From assembly GCA_013375475.1 (NCBI GenBank), contig JABXKD010000067.1, forward strand, positions 1 to 21,383: 21,383 nt of DNA, read 5' to 3'. Shown here one piece after another: positions 1 to 7,539 of the stretch. The notes beneath the pieces were generated by a model that was not told the DNA's origin, did not search any database, and saw only the letters and a program-made list of their open reading frames with translations. The stretch's first letter is position 1. Each line of letters starts with the position of its first letter. Position numbers and translations under genes: made by a program. This DNA comes from Promethearchaeota archaeon. GTDB taxonomy: Archaea > Asgardarchaeota > Lokiarchaeia > Sigyniarchaeales > SOKP01.

Positions 1-2
1 CA

Positions 3-125
3 GGTATTATTGACCCTTTACTAGTTACCAAGAGCGCTCTTCAGAACGCAGCTTCAGTAGCGACAACTATATTATCAACCGATTGTGTAATCAATAATTT
101 AAGAATTGATGAAAGCGATAGGTAG
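3..125 (+). CDS. groEL: 3' end of a group I chaperonin (GroEL-like), partial
   Basis: The frame from base 3 reads [40 protein letters not shown], matching the GroEL C-terminal GIIDP..V..SAL.NAASVA motif. There is no GGM tail. Not in the ORF track. Confidence 0.85.
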   Translation, partial: GIIDPLLVTKSALQNAASVATTILSTDCVINNLRIDESDR

Positions 126-153
126 AAATTTAATAATAGAAAAAATAAAAGAA
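109..153 (+). pseudogene. N-terminal 15 codons of a GroES-like co-chaperonin, fused in frame to ppsA
   Basis: ATG at 109 overlaps the groEL end and reads [15 protein letters not shown], resembling GroES N-termini (MKPLGDRVLV-type). The frame then switches into mid-PEP-synthase sequence. Confidence 0.55.
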
Positions 154-1677
154 AAACAACGAGATGGTCTTGAAAGCGTTACTATAGATTGTAGTGAAGG
201 GCAACCACGAATATGGTTGAAAAATGTCAGTTACGATTACGATTCGATAGAATTTGTACAACTTCCACATACAAAAACTCAGGTTTTAGTTAACCTAGGA
301 ATTCCAAAGGGCGCACTTTCATCAGGTAAGTATCCAGATGGCACAGGGTTAGCCCGATTAGAGTTTATAATAAATGACGAGATTAGAATTCATCCAAACG
401 CTTTAATCGAGTTTGATTCTTTAGTTAGGAGGTATGGAGTTCTATTAGACCATAGAAAGAAAATAGAAAATATTAAGAAAAGCGACTTATACCATAAAGA
501 TCCGTTTAATAGAGAAATTTTGAAATTAAAAGAAACTATTGATACTATTAGGGAAATAACAACGGGATACGACGATAAAGAAGAGTATTACATCGAAAAA
601 TTAGCGGAAGGAATCGCCACGATTGCAGCAGGCGTTTGGAAAGTATTACCTAATGGAGAGATAGGGGAATGCGTAGTACGTCTTTCTGATTTTAAAACTA
701 ATGAATATGCAAATCTAGTAGGGGGATGGATATACGAAGGAGAAGAAAATAATCCCATGCTTGGTTTTAGAGGATGTTCACGTTATGTTCATGAAGAATT
801 CCAAGAAGCATTCATCTTAGAACTTAAGGCGATCAAAAAGGCAAGGGAATGGGGATTAATTAACATTGTTCCCATGCTTCCATTTTGCAGAAGTCCTGAA
901 GAAGCTAAAAGAATAATAGAGATTATGGAAGAAGAAGGATTAGTTAGAGGTCAAAATGGTCTTAAAGTCTATGTTATGGCAGAAATACCTTCAAACATTA
1001 TTTGCGCTGATATTTTTTGCGAATATTTCGATGGATTTAGTATCGGGAGTAATGATCTTACCCAACTAACGTATGGTGTTGGTCGAGACAACGAAAAGAT
1101 GATTCCTTTAATGAATAGTTATGATTACAATACTAATAGCGAATCTATTCGGAGATCTGTTAGTCATTTAATCAAAACTGCCCACGAGCGAAACCGAAAA
1201 GTAGGAATTTGTGGACAAGCCCCAAGCGACGATCCTGACTTTTTAAGGTTTTTAATTAGAGAAGGTATTGATTCTATATCGCTTAACTTTGATACATTTG
1301 CTCGCGGGCGTATTAATACGTGGCGCACAGAAATTATCGAATCTAAACTAACAGAAGAAAACAAGAAAAATACCTATAAATTTCTAGATAAGTGCGATAA
1401 TTTAATAGATAATATTAGAATTCCTCGCGGAAAATTACGTAACATGGTAAGGAAGCAAAGAAAGGAAGCAGATAAGAAACTCCTAGAAGCCACCGAAAAA
1501 TTTGATAATATTTTTGAAGAAATTTCTGAGATTTCATATAATTTTATAAGAGATTTAAATCAAGGAGATTTAAAAGCGTTTGATAAATTATACAATAAAT
1601 ACGACGAAAAGATCACTAAATGCGAAATAGAAATTCCAAAATTAACCGAACAAATTCGTGAATTTGGAATTTTCTAA
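154..1677 (+). CDS. ppsA: PEP synthase (pyruvate,water dikinase), C-terminal portion; 5' part missing
   Basis: Motifs VTIDCSEG, GTGLARLEFII, VVRLSDFKTNEYANLVGG, EENNPMLGFRGCSRY, MAEIPSN, FSIGSNDLTQL and GICGQAPSD. The nucleotide-binding domain and phospho-His motif are absent. There is a helical C-terminal extension of about 110 aa. Confidence 0.9.
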   Translation, partial: KQRDGLESVTIDCSEGQPRIWLKNVSYDYDSIEFVQLPHTKTQVLVNLGIPKGALSSGKYPDGTGLARLEFIINDEIRIHPNALIEFDSLVRRYGVLLDHRKKIENIKKSDLYHKDPFNREILKLKETIDTIREITTGYDDKEEYYIEKLAEGIATIAAGVWKVLPNGEIGECVVRLSDFKTNEYANLVGGWIYEGEENNPMLGFRGCSRYVHEEFQEAFILELKAIKKAREWGLINIVPMLPFCRSPEEAKRIIEIMEEEGLVRGQNGLKVYVMAEIPSNIICADIFCEYFDGFSIGSNDLTQLTYGVGRDNEKMIPLMNSYDYNTNSESIRRSVSHLIKTAHERNRKVGICGQAPSDDPDFLRFLIREGIDSISLNFDTFARGRINTWRTEIIESKLTEENKKNTYKFLDKCDNLIDNIRIPRGKLRNMVRKQRKEADKKLLEATEKFDNIFEEISEISYNFIRDLNQGDLKAFDKLYNKYDEKITKCEIEIPKLTEQIREFGIF

Positions 1678-1821
1678 TTTTTAATTCTAAATTTGTATCT
1701 CTTAGTGTGCTCTAATTTTTAAAAATCAAAAAAATTAAATTTCAATGAATATTCAAAAAAAACAAGTAACTGAGTTTTTATATTAATTTTTTATCTAAAC
1801 AAATACTCTGGTGGGAGAAAA

Positions 1822-2103
1822 TTGCCAAGGGGAGATGAATTTACAGAAGAAATACTTGATACGTTTGAAAAAGTCGATTATTTATTAAATGGCATGATCA
1901 AAGACCGAGGAGTTCCAAGAAACATCAAACGCGTAGCTCAAAAAGGTATAGATGAATTACAGCGTGAGGACGATACACCAGCAGTTCTTGCGAGTAACGT
2001 TATGTATATGATCACAGATTTGTCTCAAGATGCAAATATTCCGTTCCATTCACGTACAACAATATATCGGATAATTTCTTTGTTAGAAAATATAAAAGAC
2101 TAA
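1822..2103 (+). CDS. UPF0147 family archaeal protein
   Basis: D.GVPRNIKR.A and D.NIPFHSRT.IY.IIS.LE motifs; TTG start preceded by GGTGGGAG. Confidence 0.85.
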   Translation: MPRGDEFTEEILDTFEKVDYLLNGMIKDRGVPRNIKRVAQKGIDELQREDDTPAVLASNVMYMITDLSQDANIPFHSRTTIYRIISLLENIKD

Positions 2104-2177
2104 CAATAAATCTTTTTAATTTATTCTATTTATATTATTAGTGAGTAATTTCGATTTTCAGCTATCGATTTTATATC

Positions 2178-2278
2178 GGGAAGGTGGTCTAGCTTGGAAT
2201 GATACTGAAACTATTAGGTTTCAGCGTTAATCTCGGTTCGGAACTGAGCGGTCGGGGGTTCAATTCCCCCCTTTCCCA
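2178..2278 (+). tRNA. tRNA-Pro (anticodon CGG) with 27-nt intron at 25/26; CCA not encoded
   Basis: Acceptor GGGAAGG/CTTTCCC; D arm GTCTAGCTTGGAATGAT; anticodon stem CTCGG/CTGAG with loop TT-CGG-AA (2239-2241); T arm GGGGG-TTCAATT-CCCCC; discriminator A2278. Confidence 0.92.
2204..2230 (+). other. tRNA intron with bulge-helix-bulge motif
   Basis: Central helix AATG/CGTT, 3-nt bulges ATA and AAT, inner hairpin CTGAAAC-TATTAG-GTTTCAG. Cleavage after the second bulge nucleotides restores a normal cloverleaf. Confidence 0.85.
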
Positions 2279-2414
2279 TTCATTTGAGTTTAGGTTGAAA
2301 TGAATTTATTTATATAATTATTTTAAATCTGAAAAGCGTTAATATTTATATTTCTAATTTTTTAATTATATTAAGAAATTTTCAACTTTATGTTTAGACT
2401 AAGACTGCTTGACT

Positions 2415-3452
2415 ATGGAAGCAAAACTAATTAAAGGAATATTATACACTGAATTAGATGAGGAAGTTGGTCCAAATCCATTTGTATGGCTAGGTGAAAT
2501 ACCACAAACCAGTAGACTTCATATTGGTGTTAAAACAATTACAGTTCTTTCAGGAGAGAGTGGGCTTGTTCCAGAATCATTAGTTATTCTTCCATTCCCT
2601 TCATTAAAATTAAAAGGTTTGATTAAATATGTCAAATGGAACGAGGAAGCCAGACGAGGAGGGATTGGACAAGGAGCAATTACCTTATTATTTAAGGAAT
2701 CTGATGACGTTATATTTTACAAATATCTGAATTATTTCGATTCCCCATTTGAAGAAGTAGCTGATAAAATTGCAACTTTACAAAAGGCGAAAACGCCTAG
2801 GGAGAATTACATAGATGTTTTGACTCAGTTTTCCGTTATTATTAACCAATTTTTAAACGAGTTTAAGAATAACGAGATCGCAGAGGAAAGCGCTAAAGCT
2901 TTTCCTGATCAAGAAATCAAAGATGCAAACTTAATTAACTATAAATTCAAAATAATTATCTGTGGCGATCCTTCGGTTGGTAAATCCTCTTTGATATTAA
3001 GATTTACTAACAATGCATTTCGAAGGCATTATATTCCAACGCTTGGAGTTCATGTTTCGGATAAGATTTTTCAGATAAAAGATTCTTACGTACAATTAGT
3101 ACTATGGGATATCGCTGGTCAACAGAAGTTTCAAACTATGAGACAACAATTTTACTTAGGATCTGACAGTCTATTCCTCATATTCGATTTATCAAAACCA
3201 AACTCGCTAGAAAGCGTCTCGAATTGGTATTTAGACATACAAAACCAATTAAAAGACAGACCGGTCTTAACTGGTTTTGTTATTGGAAATAAAAAAGATT
3301 TAGTCCATGATCCTGCTGGCATAGGAGAAAAAGGTTCTGATCTTGCAAGATACCTTAATCTGGAATACATTGAGACTTCTGCTTTAACAGGTGAAAATGT
3401 TGAAAATGCCTTTTACACTATTGCCGAAACGCTTTATAATGCGTTGCAGTAA
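2415..3452 (+). CDS. Rab-like small GTPase with an N-terminal longin/uDENN-like domain of about 170 aa
   Basis: G1 GDPSVGKS, G2 YIPTLG, G3 WDIAGQ, G4 GNKKD, G5 ETSAL. The N-terminus has ILYTELDEEVGP. ATG 2415 is preferred over TTG 2409. No C-terminal Cys motif. Confidence 0.9.
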   Translation: MEAKLIKGILYTELDEEVGPNPFVWLGEIPQTSRLHIGVKTITVLSGESGLVPESLVILPFPSLKLKGLIKYVKWNEEARRGGIGQGAITLLFKESDDVIFYKYLNYFDSPFEEVADKIATLQKAKTPRENYIDVLTQFSVIINQFLNEFKNNEIAEESAKAFPDQEIKDANLINYKFKIIICGDPSVGKSSLILRFTNNAFRRHYIPTLGVHVSDKIFQIKDSYVQLVLWDIAGQQKFQTMRQQFYLGSDSLFLIFDLSKPNSLESVSNWYLDIQNQLKDRPVLTGFVIGNKKDLVHDPAGIGEKGSDLARYLNLEYIETSALTGENVENAFYTIAETLYNALQ

Positions 3453-3470
3453 GAATGCTAATTATTTTGA

Positions 3471-3500
3471 TCGTGAAAGATTAATTTCACGAATTTTTTT
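3471..3500. terminator. Hairpin plus T-tract between convergent genes
   Basis: TCGTGAAA-GATTAA-TTTCACGA inverted repeat followed by a T run, between the GTPase and FG-GAP stop codons. Confidence 0.5.
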
Positions 3501-4646
3501 TTAGGATTGTATCCAAGCTACGACTTCAGAAGCATCCCAAGCTGTTGTTAAAATATCTATTTTCGAATCCCCATTGAGATCTATTGCAGAACAACTTGAA
3601 GCACCATTAAAACTGCTAGTTAGAATATGTTCAGTAAATTCTTGAAATCCGTTATTCTCAAACCAGCTGATTTTATCGGCTAACAGAGCTGCACCAATAA
3701 TATCGACATCTCCATCGTTGTCAATGTCAATTGGAAACGCACTATTTGGTCCACCAAAATTAGAAGATATTAAGTGCTTAGCAAATGTTAAGTTTCCCAA
3801 GTTTTCAAACCAATCAACGGTATCTAAGGTAGCGGAATTGCTAACAATATCAAGATCTCCATCCTTATCTACATCGACGGAGTAAAGTTCGTGAATTCTT
3901 CCGTAATTTACTGAAAGTTGTTTTTTTGAAAAGCTTTCAGTTCCATTATTTTCCCAACAACAAAGTTCACCTATTTGAACTGAAGATGAAGACCCCGTTA
4001 CGATGTCTACATCGTTATCATTATCTAAGTCAGCTGCGAAAACTGAAGCGTGCCCTTCATCAGAAATTTCTGGGTATCCTAGCGAAATTTCGTGTTCTGT
4101 AAAGGTTTGATTACCATTATTCTCCCACCACGTAACTTCTTGGGCGCCAGTGCTTATAATATCAATATCGTTGTCAAGATCTACATCAAAACAATTTATA
4201 CCTGTAGGCGTCTCATAAGATAGCGCTAACGTGTGTTTAATGAAAACGGTGTAATTGTTTTCCCACCACGCAAGTTCATCACCAGAATCGCTTACTCCTA
4301 GAACATCTATATCACCGTCCTTATCAACATCACCGATATTAATGAAGAAAGCGTTAATAAAACTATTCGCGATAAAATGTTTTGTAAAACTCATATCTGT
4401 ATTTTCCCACCAAGAGATTTGATTTAATCCGTGAGACGCTGAAATCACGTCAATATCTCCATCGTTATCGACATCAGCCCCAAAAATTCGCCCGGCTTCT
4501 TGATAATTATTATCTATTATGATTTGATTAAAGCTAGGCTTTTGCGATAGATTTAGAACTATTAGGGAGATAGTAATTACTAAAATCAAACTTATAGCTA
4601 TAATAACAATAACACTTACTTTGTAACTTTTCTTAATAAGAACCAC
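3501..4646 (-). CDS. Membrane-anchored FG-GAP/VCBS repeat beta-propeller protein
   Basis: N-terminal basic plus hydrophobic anchor, then seven DxDxD(G/N)DxD-type Ca-binding repeats, most followed by W(W/F)EN. Confidence 0.88.
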   Translation of the reverse strand: MVLIKKSYKVSVIVIIAISLILVITISLIVLNLSQKPSFNQIIIDNNYQEAGRIFGADVDNDGDIDVISASHGLNQISWWENTDMSFTKHFIANSFINAFFINIGDVDKDGDIDVLGVSDSGDELAWWENNYTVFIKHTLALSYETPTGINCFDVDLDNDIDIISTGAQEVTWWENNGNQTFTEHEISLGYPEISDEGHASVFAADLDNDNDVDIVTGSSSSVQIGELCCWENNGTESFSKKQLSVNYGRIHELYSVDVDKDGDLDIVSNSATLDTVDWFENLGNLTFAKHLISSNFGGPNSAFPIDIDNDGDVDIIGAALLADKISWFENNGFQEFTEHILTSSFNGASSCSAIDLNGDSKIDILTTAWDASEVVAWIQS

Positions 4647-4704
4647 CTAAATGGAAATTAATCGCAGTAAATATTTAATACTATTGTATTTTGAAGCGAT
4701 TTTA

Positions 4705-4749
4705 TCATGAGCCCACGATCTCTTTAAATTCGGGTGGTTCGTCTTCTTC
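4705..4749 (-). pseudogene. Remnant copy of the gelsolin gene 3' end
   Basis: Reads EEDEPPEFKEIVGS* versus EGNEPPKFKEIVGL* in the neighbouring gene. An in-frame TAG lies a few codons upstream and there is no start codon. Confidence 0.75.
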
Positions 4750-4861
4750 ATATTGTTTTTCGCGCTAATTTGTATATATCGCCGCAGTACTAAAATAACA
4801 TCTACATATTATGATACTCGCCCTTACGAAATTTTTCGAACACTTTAGAGAAAAATAATTG

Positions 4862-5167
4862 TTACAAACCTACAATCTCTTTAAACTTAGGTGGCTCATT
4901 TCCTTCGTCCACCGTCACAATTTTAAAATCTATCCCGTATTTATCTCGGATATTAGGTACGTTCTGAGTAGCAATAAATTTTTTTCTTATACTCGCGTTC
5001 TCGCCTATCCACATCCAAATTTCTTTATTTAGAGGATCTACAACTATGAAAATTGAGAAAAGATTAAAAATTGTATGAATAGCGCCATCAAAATCTTTGA
5101 CTTCTCTAAAATCCTCGTTTTCCTCATCTATTTCAAATAATAGAAATTGTTCCTCTAAAATGTTCAT
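4862..5167 (-). CDS. Single-domain gelsolin-like protein
   Basis: IFIVVD...EIWMWIGENASIRKKFIA and VTVDEGNEPPKF match the gelsolin-repeat consensus (W.G..S; V.EG.E...F). Confidence 0.8.
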   Translation of the reverse strand: MNILEEQFLLFEIDEENEDFREVKDFDGAIHTIFNLFSIFIVVDPLNKEIWMWIGENASIRKKFIATQNVPNIRDKYGIDFKIVTVDEGNEPPKFKEIVGL

Positions 5168-5272
5168 TTTATTTCGCTTTAGGTATTTTTACAAAAGTGT
5201 GCAAATAACAACTATGCAATCCTTTATTATAAGCTTTATTACATAATGAGTGCTTCGGGAAGATATTCAAAC

Positions 5273-6262
5273 TTATATAATAATAAAAATTTTCATTTTG
5301 TTTAAGTAATATGCTGTAATCCAAATGAAAGCAGCATGTAAGAATACAAAAAGGAAGACAATTATACTTGGTGTATCGAATGGGAATATTGTAAAGATAA
5401 CATATGCAATTACGATGTGAATTAAGTAAAAAATAAACGCATTTTTCCCTATGGCACTGAAAATTCTCTCTTTTTTTGCGAAGCTATAATTAGTGCACCA
5501 AATTTCGTATATATAATACAGGAAGCAGTAAAATACGGAAGCAATTCCCACAGAAATTAGTATGTAGGGCAATGAAATATAAGCTCTACTTATTCCAAGG
5601 AAAAAAGCAGATCCAATCCCAAATATCAAGCAAATAAGTCCTCCAAATAAGAAGTGTTTTCTGACATATTCCTTTTCTTTATCTAAACCTTTAGCAAGGA
5701 AAGAAGATAAAATCATCATTGATCCCCAGGAAAAAATACCTAAGATTCCACCCTCTATCGATTCATAAATTAGAATGTTAACTGGTGTGAAGAGAAGAAA
5801 TTGATGTAAACTCATAAAAGCTATAGCAAAAATTAATTTTATATATGGTTTTAAACCGAGTAATGGTAATAACATTAAACCTGATGTCCCTAGAACTTGG
5901 AGGGTTCCCCATCGAAAGTAAAATTCATTTACATCGATATAAATAGTTAATATTAAACCTATACCTATAAATATCAAAAATCTGCGAATATATCTTAACC
6001 ACGCTTTTTTCTTTCCTTCCTTCTGGACGCGTTGCTTATAGGAAGTATTAAAAGTAAGTGCTAACATAAATACAAAAAAAGGTGCTACTAAGTCAACATA
6101 TGTCAGACCATAATCTCCAGCATGTTTTGTCCATGCGGGTACGTTATCAAAGGGTTGAATACTATTAACAACAACCATAAGAAGAACCGTCAATCCCCTA
6201 AAAATATCGATACTTAAAAACCTCCGGGGTTGTTCAGTAAGACTTTCTTCTGCTTGAGGCAA
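5273..6262 (-). CDS. HGSNAT-like membrane acyltransferase (DUF1624/DUF5009-like)
   Basis: RFLSIDIFRGLTVLLMVVVN, H..DYGLTYVDLVAPFFVF and WGTLQ motifs; multiple TM helices. Confidence 0.85.
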   Translation of the reverse strand: MPQAEESLTEQPRRFLSIDIFRGLTVLLMVVVNSIQPFDNVPAWTKHAGDYGLTYVDLVAPFFVFMLALTFNTSYKQRVQKEGKKKAWLRYIRRFLIFIGIGLILTIYIDVNEFYFRWGTLQVLGTSGLMLLPLLGLKPYIKLIFAIAFMSLHQFLLFTPVNILIYESIEGGILGIFSWGSMMILSSFLAKGLDKEKEYVRKHFLFGGLICLIFGIGSAFFLGISRAYISLPYILISVGIASVFYCFLYYIYEIWCTNYSFAKKERIFSAIGKNAFIFYLIHIVIAYVIFTIFPFDTPSIIVFLFVFLHAAFIWITAYYLNKMKIFIII

Positions 6263-6360
6263 AATTCTTAAGAATAAATCTATTTATTAAAGATTTAAAG
6301 AGAATATTGAGTTAAAAGTTTTATTAAGAACGATAAAATGAAAGAAAAAATTAGTTTTGT

Positions 6361-7470
6361 TTAGATTTTCCACTGGCCTTCTTCATAGATAACTTTGCCA
6401 TCAGCAATGATTTTTGAATCTGGAAGCGTCATATCCTTAAGAATATCCCAATGAATTGCGCAATGATTTTTTGATCCCGTTTCGGGTGGTCCTGCACCTA
6501 AAGCGCAGTGTAACGTCCCCCCTATTTTCTCATCAAATAGCATATTCTTCGTAAATTTAGTAATGCCATAATTAGTTCCGACAGCAAATTCGCCAAGCGT
6601 GTCAGCATTTTTTATACCAACTATTTCTTGTAGTAAATCTTCGGCTTTATTGGCTATAGCTTTTATCACTTTCCCGTCTTTGAATTCCAAGTAGATATTT
6701 TCGATTTCTTTTCCTTGATAGATGCCAGGATAGGTGAATCTTATATGTCCATTCACCGAATCTTCTAGAGGAGCAGTATATACCTCTCCATCGGGCAAGT
6801 TGTTATGTCCGCAGCAATTTATCCATTTTCTTCCTTTTACTGAAAGCGTTAGATCAGTATCCTCGCCTAGTACTTGAATCTTGTCTACTTTATCTAAGAT
6901 TTCTACGATTTTATCTTGCTTTTTTTCCACTTCCTTCCATTCTTTAACTGGGTCTTCCTTATCTAATTGTAGCGCTTTTCGAACAAACTCTGAGTAAGAA
7001 AATAAATCCATTTCTGCTTCTTGCGCAAAAGAATGACAAGGAAAAGGAACTATCACCCAATTTAGTTCTCCATCGGCGTATCGTTTCATGTAGGTCATCA
7101 TTAACTTAGCATTTTCGGGCGAACCTTTCACTTTAGCGATTATTTTTGGGTCAATTAATGAGAGTTTTTTCGGATTGTAATCCGCAAATATACTGATAAG
7201 GCAATCGTATTCATTAATAACTATTTTCTGGGCATCGTTAATATATAACAGTTGTTCTTCAGAGCCGTATTTATAAAGCAATTCTTGCGCTCCTTCGATC
7301 TGAGGTACTACTAGTGCGTGACCACCAGCTTTTAGAACTTCAACGTAAATCGCTTGAAATAGGCCTTCGGCAATGGAAGGCCCAACAACCGCTACTCTTT
7401 GCCCTTTCTTAACATCTAGAGCGTAATTAACTGCTAGTTTCGCTAATTTTTCATAAAATTCAGTAATCAT
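6361..7470 (-). CDS. Aminopeptidase, peptidase M29 (AmpS/AmpT) family, copy 1
   Basis: NLPDGEVYTAP, GEFAVG, FDEKIGGTLHCALG and SAIH-like CAIHWD motifs. Confidence 0.93.
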   Translation of the reverse strand: MITEFYEKLAKLAVNYALDVKKGQRVAVVGPSIAEGLFQAIYVEVLKAGGHALVVPQIEGAQELLYKYGSEEQLLYINDAQKIVINEYDCLISIFADYNPKKLSLIDPKIIAKVKGSPENAKLMMTYMKRYADGELNWVIVPFPCHSFAQEAEMDLFSYSEFVRKALQLDKEDPVKEWKEVEKKQDKIVEILDKVDKIQVLGEDTDLTLSVKGRKWINCCGHNNLPDGEVYTAPLEDSVNGHIRFTYPGIYQGKEIENIYLEFKDGKVIKAIANKAEDLLQEIVGIKNADTLGEFAVGTNYGITKFTKNMLFDEKIGGTLHCALGAGPPETGSKNHCAIHWDILKDMTLPDSKIIADGKVIYEEGQWKI

Positions 7471-7539
7471 ACCTTGTTAAAATTCTTGAAACTTTAAAAA
7501 ACATTCTCCAGTTGAGTCATGTTTTGCGATCTTCCATGC

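Noticed and set aside
106-1677. ORF-track 523-aa protein as an intact gene
   Set aside because: Its first ~15 residues are GroES-like and the PEP synthase N-terminal domains are missing, so it is a fusion across a junction.
2205-2224. CTGAAAC/GTTTCAG hairpin as the anticodon arm of a suppressor-type tRNA
   Set aside because: The loop is 6 nt and the stem 7 bp. It fits as the intron's inner helix, and a proper anticodon arm follows.
2178-2420. tRNA as an integration site for a mobile element
   Set aside because: I saw no duplicated tRNA 3' end and no integrase; the flanking genes look chromosomal.
4705-4909. Echo repeats as diversity-generating retroelement TR/VR pairs (also 21195-21326)
   Set aside because: The mismatches are not adenine-specific, the repeats are under 50 nt, and no reverse transcriptase is in the window.
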